A stretch of DNA of 64,000 nt. Source: Christensenella sp. UBA7703. Lineage in GTDB: Bacteria > Bacillota > Clostridia > Christensenellales > CAG-138. The stretch spans positions 3,682-67,681 of the forward strand of contig DLGD01000028.1 in the NCBI GenBank assembly GCA_002482505.1, written 5' to 3'. Both the position numbers and the translations under genes were made by a program. Within the stretch, counting starts at the first letter, position 1; every line of letters starts with the position of its first letter. Under the pieces are notes generated by a model. It saw nothing but the letters and a program-made list of their open reading frames with translations. It did not search any database and was not told where the DNA came from. Shown here piece after piece: positions 57,047 through 64,000 of this stretch.

Positions 57047-57856
57047 ATGGCAAATTTCACAATTCGGCCCATCAACACGGGCTATGTGCCCACGTATCCC
57101 AAGCAATACCATTATCACCACTCAGTCTATAAGTACATTCCCGGTATTTCGGACGAGAAGGAAGCCCTCCCCGTTCTGACCTTCCTCATCGAAGGAGAAG
57201 GCAAGAAAATCCTCGTCGATACCGGTATGGCATGGACCGAACGCGCGGATAAATACCATCATCCGGGTTCCTGGCAGGGTGAAGGCGAAGCGATCTATGA
57301 ACAGTTCGCCAAGCTTGGCGTGGCATGCGAAGAGGTGGACTACGTGCTCTTCACACATATGCACTGGGACCATATCTTCTATATGGACAAGTTCAAGAAC
57401 GCGACGTTCATCGCGCATGAGCGCGAATATGCCTTTGCGCTGGATCCGATCCCGCTGTATTACAAGAGCTATGAGCATCCCTTCCTTGGCGTGAAGCGTC
57501 CGTTTGAGGGGATCAAGGTGGATACCTGCAAAGGCGAAACCGAAATCGTCCCCGGCGTTCGTTCGTTTGAAACGTTCGGGCATTCCCCGGGACATATGTC
57601 CATCGAGGTGGATACACTGGATGGCAAATATATCCTCGGCGGAGACTCCGCCTTCCGCATGGCGAACTTCAATGCAATCCCCGAAATCGGCTACAACGTG
57701 ACCCCTCCGGGCAGATTTGCCAACATCATCGAATGCTGGAGAAGCCTTGAGATCACCAAAGAGCGCGCGGAGAGCCTGGACCACATCCTGCTCACGCACG
57801 AAACGAACCTCATGAACCGCATGGAACAAACGCCTGTGTTTGGCCTAGGCAAATAA
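57047..57856 (+). CDS. MBL-fold hydrolase, N-acyl-homoserine-lactonase-like (candidate sugar-lactone hydrolase)
   Basis: HxHxDH motif FTHMHWDH, later GHSPGH. 269 aa. Confidence 0.7.
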   Translation: MANFTIRPINTGYVPTYPKQYHYHHSVYKYIPGISDEKEALPVLTFLIEGEGKKILVDTGMAWTERADKYHHPGSWQGEGEAIYEQFAKLGVACEEVDYVLFTHMHWDHIFYMDKFKNATFIAHEREYAFALDPIPLYYKSYEHPFLGVKRPFEGIKVDTCKGETEIVPGVRSFETFGHSPGHMSIEVDTLDGKYILGGDSAFRMANFNAIPEIGYNVTPPGRFANIIECWRSLEITKERAESLDHILLTHETNLMNRMEQTPVFGLGK

Positions 57857-58006
57857 GCGACTTCGGATCAAAGCCGATCGTTTGGCGGAATCATCAGCCT
57901 AACGATGGGGCAAACCATCATTCTTCATGAGCGGGAGCGCGGGCTCGCCTGCGCTCCCGGCTCCTCCCTTCACAACAAACCGAATGTCTCGGCAAAGGAT
58001 GCATTC

Positions 58007-59257
58007 ATGAATAGCAAAACCACCGTCAAAAGAAGGACCGTCGCCATCATCGCCTGTGCCGACACGAAGAAGGCGGAGATGGAATTTCTCCGCGCGCTTC
58101 TGGCGCGAGAGGGATTCGGCGTGCTCACAATCGATCTTTCCACCCAAGGCGGGTATACCTATGAGGCAAACGTCACCCCGCGCGAGATCGCGATGGCGGG
58201 CGGCAGCACGATTGAACACGTTCGCCTGTCCGGCCGTGCGGAGGCGATCTCCGTGATGGAAGCGGGCGTGGTCAAGATCGTCAGCAGCCTCTCTATCACC
58301 GGCAATATCGACGGCGCGCTGGGCATCGGGGGCTTACAAAACTCCCGCATGGCATCCGCCGCAATGCGCGCGCTGCCCGTCGGTGTGCCAAAGCTGATTC
58401 TCTCCACCGTCGCCTGCGGCAACCGCCCGTTTGAGCTGCTGGTTGGGGACAAGGACATCACCGTTATGCCGTCTGTTGCGGACATCGCGGGGCTCAACCC
58501 CCTGACGGAGACGGTTTTGACCAACGCCGCCGCCGCTGTGATGGGCATGGTGCAATATGGCGGCAAAACGCTCTCCGCCGATCAGCCAATGATTGCGGCA
58601 AGCATGATGGGCGCGACCAACGACGGCGTGGTCGGCGCGGTTCGCCTGCTGGAGCTGGCTGGCAAGAGCGTGGTCACGTTTCATTCCACCGGAGTTGGCG
58701 GCAGATGCCTCGAACAACTGGTTTTGGACGGTATGATGCAGGCAAGCCTTGATCTTTCGCCGCACGAGATCATCTCCCAGGATGTGTTTGGATTTGGATT
58801 TTCTGCGGGTGCGGCAAACAGGCTTTGTGCCGCGGCAAAGAAGGGGATTTCGAGCGTGGTTGCGCCTGGAGGTATGGACTTTGTCGATGTTTCGGCAAAG
58901 GATTTCTTCGCGGGCATCCTCGGTGACCCGGCGGCACGCAAATATGTGCTCCACAACAGCGAGATTGCGCATGTCAAACTCACGCCGGAGGAAGCAGCGC
59001 GCGGCGCGGCTATTTTCGTTGAGCGGCTCAACCGCCACACGGGGAAACTGAGTGTCATTCTGCCGCTGCAAGGATTGCGGAGCGACACGCGGCAAGGGCA
59101 GAAACTCTATGATCCCGCGGTGGATCAGGCGATTTTCGACGTGATCCGCAAAGGATTGCGAACGGACATCCGCCTTGTCGAGCTGGACGCGCATTTCTTT
59201 GATGAGGCATTCAGTGTGTGCGCGTTTGAAGAGATGATGCGCCTGCTGCAAGATTAA
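58007..59257 (+). CDS. UPF0261 / Tm-1-like ATP-binding-domain protein, function unknown
   Basis: N-terminal VAIIACADTKKAEMEFLRALLAREGFGVLTIDLS pattern of the UPF0261 family. 416 aa. Start ATG 58007 (AAAGGA upstream). Confidence 0.6.
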   Translation: MNSKTTVKRRTVAIIACADTKKAEMEFLRALLAREGFGVLTIDLSTQGGYTYEANVTPREIAMAGGSTIEHVRLSGRAEAISVMEAGVVKIVSSLSITGNIDGALGIGGLQNSRMASAAMRALPVGVPKLILSTVACGNRPFELLVGDKDITVMPSVADIAGLNPLTETVLTNAAAAVMGMVQYGGKTLSADQPMIAASMMGATNDGVVGAVRLLELAGKSVVTFHSTGVGGRCLEQLVLDGMMQASLDLSPHEIISQDVFGFGFSAGAANRLCAAAKKGISSVVAPGGMDFVDVSAKDFFAGILGDPAARKYVLHNSEIAHVKLTPEEAARGAAIFVERLNRHTGKLSVILPLQGLRSDTRQGQKLYDPAVDQAIFDVIRKGLRTDIRLVELDAHFFDEAFSVCAFEEMMRLLQD

Positions 59258-59270
59258 TTTAGATCAAAAC

Positions 59271-59335
59271 GTTCTGAATACAGAACGGGATCAATAGAAT
59301 ACGCGATTATAGAACACATAATTACAGAACACATG
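59271..59335. repeat. Inverted repeat plus two tandem 15-bp direct repeats in the AT-rich gap before the RLP gene
   Basis: GTTCTG-aata-CAGAAC (59271-59286). ATTATAGAACACATA (59306-59320) immediately followed by ATTACAGAACACATG (59321-59335). Confidence 0.6.
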
Positions 59336-59351
59336 ATTAAGGAAAAGAAAC

Positions 59352-60596
59352 ATGTTTTTCGATCTTCCGTTTGACAACGAAGAGAACATTCAATCCGGCG
59401 ATTTTGTGATCGCAACCTACCTCGTCAGCGGCATCAGCGAGGAGGACGCGCTCGCCCGCGCAGGCCGGTTTGCAATCGGGCAGACGGTCGGCACCTGGGT
59501 GGAACTGCCGGGGATCACGCGCGCAATGGTGGAAGGCTATCAGGCGCGGGTGCTCTCGTTGGAGCTCATTCCCGCAGAGCCCGTTTGCGCGGTGCTTCGC
59601 GTGGCGTTCCCCGCGCATAATCTGCCGAGCTTTGCAATGCTTCAAACAGCTCTGGTCGGTAACGACGTCTCCACCGCGCTTTGCGTCAAGTTGCTGGACG
59701 TTTCGCTCACGCAAACCGCGCTGAAGCGCTTTGGCGGACCTATCCAGTCCGTGACCGGCGTGCGTGGGCTTACGGGGGTGCCGGATCGTCCGCTGGTGCT
59801 CAACATGATCAAACCCTGCATCGGCTACAGCGCCGAAGAGGGCGCAAAGCTCTTTTTCGAGAGCGCGATGGGCGGGGTAGACCTCATCAAGGACGACGAG
59901 GTGCTGGCCGAGGTTCCGATTCTTTCGGTTGCGCAGCGTGTTCGCGCATATGCGAGAGAGGCCGATCGCGTGCGGGAAGCACGCGGGACTGCGCCGGTCT
60001 ATATCCCAAACATCACCGGAAGACCCAAATATATGCGCGAGACGGCGCGGATGCTCGTGGAAGAGGGCGCAAAGATGGCGATGGTCAACTTTGTCACCAC
60101 GGGGTTGGACTCGCTTGCGGAGCTGACGCAGGAGTTCGGCGAGAAGCTCGCGTTTCTTGCGCACTATGCAGGTGCGGGGATGATGAGCTCCACGTGGCTT
60201 GGCTATGCGAACCCCGTTTTACTCGGCACGCTGGCGCGGCTTGCGGGCGCGGACATGGTGATGACTATGTACCCCGGCGCACCGGGCAGCCGAGGCTATC
60301 TGGAGTTTTTGAAAACCGTACAGAAACAGAAGTTACCGCTGGGGCAGATCAAACCGATCTTCACGATGGTTGGCGGCGGGGTGACCCCGCTCAACCTTTC
60401 CGCTGTGATTCGCGAGCTCGGCAGCGATGTTGTCCTCGGCGTTGGCGGCGCGATTCAGGGGCACCCGATGGGGGCAAGAAACGGCGCAATCGCGACCATG
60501 GCGGCGGTGAATGCCGCGCATGCGGGCGTGCCGCTGGAAAAAGCGGCAAAGGATTGCCCGCCGCTGGCGGCAGTGCTCGGCGGCTACAGCAAATAG
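59352..60596 (+). CDS. RuBisCO large-subunit-like protein (form IV RLP)
   Basis: By-eye alignment to RuBisCO: MIKPCIGYS...GGVDLIKDDE (K175, K201, D203, E204 kept; K177 is Cys) and GVGGAIQGHPMG (GGxxxGHP). 414 aa. Confidence 0.85.
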   Translation: MFFDLPFDNEENIQSGDFVIATYLVSGISEEDALARAGRFAIGQTVGTWVELPGITRAMVEGYQARVLSLELIPAEPVCAVLRVAFPAHNLPSFAMLQTALVGNDVSTALCVKLLDVSLTQTALKRFGGPIQSVTGVRGLTGVPDRPLVLNMIKPCIGYSAEEGAKLFFESAMGGVDLIKDDEVLAEVPILSVAQRVRAYAREADRVREARGTAPVYIPNITGRPKYMRETARMLVEEGAKMAMVNFVTTGLDSLAELTQEFGEKLAFLAHYAGAGMMSSTWLGYANPVLLGTLARLAGADMVMTMYPGAPGSRGYLEFLKTVQKQKLPLGQIKPIFTMVGGGVTPLNLSAVIRELGSDVVLGVGGAIQGHPMGARNGAIATMAAVNAAHAGVPLEKAAKDCPPLAAVLGGYSK

Positions 60597-60631
60597 TTTA
60601 CACAACGAAGCACAAAGGCAGGAGACAGATT

Positions 60632-61096
60632 ATGGCAAAACCAATCGTCATCGGCTGCGACAACGCGGCGGTAGAACTCAAGCACACGCTCTGCGGCGTG
60701 CTCAAGCAGCTCAACATTCCGTTTGAGGATGTCGGCGTGGAAAGCGAGACGGATCAGACGCTCTATCCTGAAGTGGCGGAGCGCGTTTGCGAAAGCATCA
60801 TCGCAAGCGATTATCAAAAAGAGGGCATCATCCTCTGCGGAACAGGCATCGGCATGGCGATGACCGCGAATAAGTTCCCCGGTATCTTCGCCGCCGTGTG
60901 TCACGATTCGTTCTCGGCGGAGCGTTCGCGCCTCTCCAACAACGGAAACGTGATCTGCATGGGTGCGCGTGTGATTGGGCCGGAGCTTGCGAAAAAGATC
61001 TTGCGCGAATGGCTCACGCTGGAGTATATCCCCGGTGGCAGCTCGCAGCCCAAGGTGGACTGCATGCGCAGCATCGACGGCGCAAGCCGGAAGTAA
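60632..61096 (+). CDS. rpiB: RpiB/LacA/LacB-family sugar-phosphate isomerase
   Basis: IVIGCDNAAVELK and ILCGTGIGMAMTANK (catalytic Cys). 154 aa. Confidence 0.85.
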   Translation: MAKPIVIGCDNAAVELKHTLCGVLKQLNIPFEDVGVESETDQTLYPEVAERVCESIIASDYQKEGIILCGTGIGMAMTANKFPGIFAAVCHDSFSAERSRLSNNGNVICMGARVIGPELAKKILREWLTLEYIPGGSSQPKVDCMRSIDGASRK

Positions 61097-61130
61097 CCAC
61101 AACAACGACGAGCGGAAGGCAGAGAACACG

Positions 61131-61907
61131 ATGAAACCCCTACTCATGGGCACCAATCTCAAGATGTACAAGACCGCCGGGCAGACGCAGGCGTATTTGA
61201 GCGCGCTGCAGACGCTCACGCAGGATCTGCGCGCGCAAACCACGCTGTTTGTGATTCCGTCCTATCCTGCGCTGGAGCGCGCGGCAAACACGGTCAAGGA
61301 CAAAGCGATTCTCCTCGGCGCACAAAACATGCATCCGGAAGAGCAAGGCCAGTTCACGGGCGAGGTTTCCCCGCTGATGCTACAGGAGTTTGGTCTGGAC
61401 ATTGTGGAAATCGGGCACAGCGAACGCAGGCATGTCTTCGGCGAAACGGACGAGCAGGAGAACAAAAAGGTAGTCAGCGCGCTGAATCACGGCTTTACCG
61501 CGCTGCTCTGCGTTGGCGAGACGGCGGAGCAAAAGGCGGCGGGGATCGCGGACGAAGTGCTCGCCATGCAACTCAAGATCGGCCTTCGCGGCGTGCTGCC
61601 CGAGCAGGCGGCGCGCATTTGGGTGGCTTACGAGCCGGTTTGGGCAATCGGCGTCAACGGCGTGCCAGCCCCGGCGGACTATGTCAAGGAGCGACATGCA
61701 AGCATCCGGCGTATCCTCGGCGAACTTTTTTTACTCACGGAAATCCCCGTACTCTACGGCGGCAGCGTAAACCCGCAGAACGCGGAGGAGCTGATCGTCC
61801 AGCCGAACGTGGACGGGCTGTTTACCGGGCGCGCGGCCTGGGATGCGGAAAACTTTAACGCGCTGATTCGGCAGGTGCTGCCGCTCTGGCAGCGCAAGCA
61901 AGCTTAA
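61131..61907 (+). CDS. Triose-phosphate-isomerase-family protein (paralogue, probably a tetrulose-phosphate isomerase)
   Basis: TIM catalytic motifs GTNLKMYK (Lys), IGHSERR (His), AYEPVWAIG (Glu), YGGSV. Not in a gap-pgk-tpi context. Confidence 0.8.
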   Translation: MKPLLMGTNLKMYKTAGQTQAYLSALQTLTQDLRAQTTLFVIPSYPALERAANTVKDKAILLGAQNMHPEEQGQFTGEVSPLMLQEFGLDIVEIGHSERRHVFGETDEQENKKVVSALNHGFTALLCVGETAEQKAAGIADEVLAMQLKIGLRGVLPEQAARIWVAYEPVWAIGVNGVPAPADYVKERHASIRRILGELFLLTEIPVLYGGSVNPQNAEELIVQPNVDGLFTGRAAWDAENFNALIRQVLPLWQRKQA

Positions 61908-61991
61908 GACATCCGCAAAAGAAAATAGAAAGCCAAACATATAGTACGGCTGCTTCGGCAATGTGGTGAGTTTTTAGACACTAAGAACAGA

Positions 61992-62627
61992 ATGGAAAGA
62001 GAAACACGTATGGAACAGGCGAAAAAACGCGGCGAACTCTACGCGCTCCTCAACATGGCGGCACAGCGTGCCTATGCGCGCGGCATCCAGACCGGCAGCG
62101 GCGGCAACCTCTCCGCGCGGGACGTGGAGGCGGGGCAAATGATCGTGAAAGCCAGCGGCGGCTCGTTTGCGGACTGCACGAGCGAAGGCGAAGGCTTTGT
62201 CGTGACCAAGCTGGGCGGAGAACGCATCTGCGAAACCGACCCGAAGCCCACCCGTGAAGTGGTGCTCCACGGCATGCTCTATACGCTTTTGCCAATGATC
62301 GGCGGCGTGATGCATTGCCACAGCCCGTGGGCGGTTGCCTATGCCTATCGGCATGATGTGCTGCCGATGACCACGCAGCATGTCAAGCTCAAACTCGGAC
62401 ACGACATTCCGATTCTCAACGTCGATTCTCCGATGCTGCTTGCTGAGCACGTTCCCCTTGTGCGCCAGTTGTTTGAAGAAAACCCGAAGCTGACAGCGTT
62501 TATTCTGCGTGGGCACGGCGTGGTTGCAATCGGGAAGGACATCATCGAAGCGGAGCACACCGCAGAACTCGTGGAAGAAACCGCGCAGATTGCTTCCCTG
62601 CGCGAAATTCTGGATCACAAAGCGTGA
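61992..62627 (+). CDS. Class II aldolase/adducin-family protein (aldolase, epimerase or decarboxylase)
   Basis: GSGGNLSARD, HCHSPWAVAYA, ILRGHGVVAIGKDIIEAEHTAELVEETA motifs. ATG 62010 is an alternative start. Confidence 0.8.
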   Translation: MERETRMEQAKKRGELYALLNMAAQRAYARGIQTGSGGNLSARDVEAGQMIVKASGGSFADCTSEGEGFVVTKLGGERICETDPKPTREVVLHGMLYTLLPMIGGVMHCHSPWAVAYAYRHDVLPMTTQHVKLKLGHDIPILNVDSPMLLAEHVPLVRQLFEENPKLTAFILRGHGVVAIGKDIIEAEHTAELVEETAQIASLREILDHKA

Positions 62628-62710
62628 ATCGCAATCCTCCGAATGCCCGTTTATGCGGGATACGGCCTGTTTTGCGAAAAAATCGATCGATTGCGTGATT
62701 CACGCGGAAA

Positions 62711-62736
62711 CGGATTGTATGCTATAATACAATCCG
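62711..62736 (+). promoter_or_regulatory. Perfect 10-bp palindrome (GntR-type operator) overlapping a TATAAT box
   Basis: CGGATTGTAT-gctata-ATACAATCCG. TATAAT at 62723-62728 lies inside it, 26 nt before the regulator's start region. Confidence 0.6.
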
Positions 62737-62761
62737 TAATCATCCTTTGGGAGGAAGCAGT

Positions 62762-63478
62762 ATGCCGAAGAAACCGGATCTGCCCGTTGCGAAAATTCAA
62801 CTGAACAACAAGCGCATGAGCGAGCTGATCTGCGAGCAGATATCGGACTGGATCATGGACGGTACGCTGGAGGCAGGCCAGCGCATCAGCGAGGACGAAC
62901 TTGCGGAGCGTTTCGGCGTGAGCCGCATGCCCGTGCGAGAGGCGGTGCGTATGCTCTGCGCAAAGGGACTGATGCAGAGCATCCCCTACGTCGGCAGCTC
63001 GGTGCGAAAACTCTCCAACGACGAGATTCGTGAGGTCTATCTGCTCAGAAGCGTACTGGAACCGCTCGCAGGGCGCATCTCCGCGAGCCAGATTACGCCG
63101 GACGAGCTCAAGCAATTGCTCGCCTTGCAGGAACAGCTGGAGGCATACGGGCAAAAACCGATCAGCCTGGAGACCAGCAAACAGATGTATCAACTCAACC
63201 GCGAGTTTCACATGAGCATGTATCGTCCCTGCCGGATGGATCGCCTGATTCAAATGATCGATTCCCTTTGGGACAGCATCGCCTATCTTCGTATGCGCAC
63301 CGCGTTCAATCCAAAGTATCCGGAGCAGATGCAGGAAGAGCACAGGCGCTATATCTCTTTGCTGGAACAGAAAAAAGGGGACGACCTTGCCCGCCACCTG
63401 GAAGAGAACCTGCGGCGGCATGTCGGCTCGTTTCCCGCAAACGGTTCTGCCGTAAGCGCGGAAGAAAAGGTGAAATAA
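62762..63478 (+). CDS. GntR-family regulator with FCD domain
   Basis: ELAERFGVSRMPVREAVRMLCAKGLMQSIPYVGSSV HTH plus an FCD-type helical domain. ATG 62762 preceded by GGGAGGA. Confidence 0.85.
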   Translation: MPKKPDLPVAKIQLNNKRMSELICEQISDWIMDGTLEAGQRISEDELAERFGVSRMPVREAVRMLCAKGLMQSIPYVGSSVRKLSNDEIREVYLLRSVLEPLAGRISASQITPDELKQLLALQEQLEAYGQKPISLETSKQMYQLNREFHMSMYRPCRMDRLIQMIDSLWDSIAYLRMRTAFNPKYPEQMQEEHRRYISLLEQKKGDDLARHLEENLRRHVGSFPANGSAVSAEEKVK

Positions 63479-63508
63479 TGCCTATCAATTAAACAACACC
63501 AAAACACA

Positions 63509-63540
63509 AGCCGTCCGGCGAACCGGACGGCTTTTTCTTT
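63509..63540 (+). terminator. Intrinsic terminator closing the RLP operon
   Basis: agccgtccgg-cgaa-ccggacggct followed by TTTTTCTTTCT. Confidence 0.8.
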
Positions 63541-63619
63541 CTCTTTGTACCCTGCTTTGCATGTCGTAAAAAAGGCTTTTGTGAGAAAATCCGCACACGA
63601 AGTGCGTAATGTTTGCTTC

Positions 63620-64000
63620 TTATTTTACCCGCCAGCGGATTGCATCCACGCGCGCCGTTGCCTCCAAGACGATGCGCTTTGGCTGTTTTTCGAAGAACTC
63701 GACCACCGGCTCGTTTTTCACGATGTTCCAGATACCCGCTACCCGCCCGTTGACCGCGACGGATGGATTGCAGATGCCGGATTTTAGAATGAGCTTACTC
63801 TTGTGCTCGGCGGGTATCACCGCGCCGCGATCCGCATAGGAGACGATGTAAGGGTCAAACCCCGAAAGCAGAGTGAGTTCGGGAATATCCCCGGTCTCGA
63901 TCTCATCAGTGCAAAAATAACGGGTGCCGTTGTGCTCAAACTGCACAAGATCATCCAGCGGGAGCTTTTTGAGTACGTTTGCCTCCGCCTTCCAGAACCC
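63620..64000 (-). CDS. YcaQ-like winged-helix DNA-binding (DUF1006) protein, C-terminal part (5' end outside window)
   Basis: Frame stays open to the window edge (the ORF-track start at 63946 is an internal GTG). The C-terminal block NGRVAGIWNIVKNEPVVEFFEK is typical of the family. Confidence 0.55.
   Translation of the reverse strand, partial: GFWKAEANVLKKLPLDDLVQFEHNGTRYFCTDEIETGDIPELTLLSGFDPYIVSYADRGAVIPAEHKSKLILKSGICNPSVAVNGRVAGIWNIVKNEPVVEFFEKQPKRIVLEATARVDAIRWRVK

Noticed and set aside
59352-60596. Bona fide CO2-fixing RuBisCO.
   Set aside because: There is no small subunit, phosphoribulokinase or CBB genes nearby. The residues equivalent to K177, R295, H327 and K334 are replaced, which makes this a form IV RuBisCO-like protein.
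61131-61907. Housekeeping glycolytic triose-phosphate isomerase.
   Set aside because: The gene sits inside a substrate-specific operon next to RpiB and an RLP rather than with gap/pgk/eno. It has an altered AIGVNG loop, so it is treated as a pathway-specific paralogue pending whole-genome inspection.

Overview
This is a 64-kb chromosomal window, GC-rich (roughly 60% by eye) with a few short AT-rich patches. The gene content includes butyrate kinase, 2-oxoacid:ferredoxin oxidoreductase, a GlgD-containing glycogen operon, a class B sortase, ECF-type BioY and a HydABC-type [FeFe]-hydrogenase. That suggests a strictly anaerobic Clostridia genome (Oscillospiraceae/Ruminococcaceae-like), but this is inference only. 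I call 62 protein-coding genes (two cut by the window edges, one frameshifted), about 17 intrinsic terminators, several promoter/operator sites and three repeat structures. I recognised no rRNA, tRNA, CRISPR array, transposase, integrase, prophage or known defence module. Main blocks: (1) a GntR-controlled operon of buk, a P-loop NTPase and a four-subunit 2-oxoacid:ferredoxin oxidoreductase; (2) the class II ribonucleotide reductase nrdJ; (3) dapF; (4) a GPH transporter, a PIG-L deacetylase and a GH20 hexosaminidase; (5) ackA; (6) glgBCDA; (7) birA-bioY with an operator; (8) a low-GC single-gene islet encoding a secreted CHAP-domain hydrolase; (9) the sensory hydrogenase HydS, a PP2C phosphatase and HydCBA, bracketed by two small thioredoxin-like [2Fe-2S] proteins; (10) an 11-gene operon encoding a sugar ABC importer, a lactonase-like MBL hydrolase, UPF0261, a RuBisCO-like protein, RpiB, a TIM paralogue, a class II aldolase-fold protein and GntR. 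Block 10 is my best candidate for an undescribed system. It reads like the lower half of an acid-sugar or branched-pentose pathway ending at erythrose-4-P. It lacks the expected dehydrogenase, oxidoisomerase and DUF1537 kinase, and has an uncharacterised UPF0261 ATP-binding protein next to the RLP instead. Secondary leads are the HydS-PP2C H2-sensing module, which has no visible downstream partner, and two related ~170-190-bp insertions, each flanked by a locus-specific duplicated terminator hairpin. All functional calls come from reading motifs by eye. No database search was possible.
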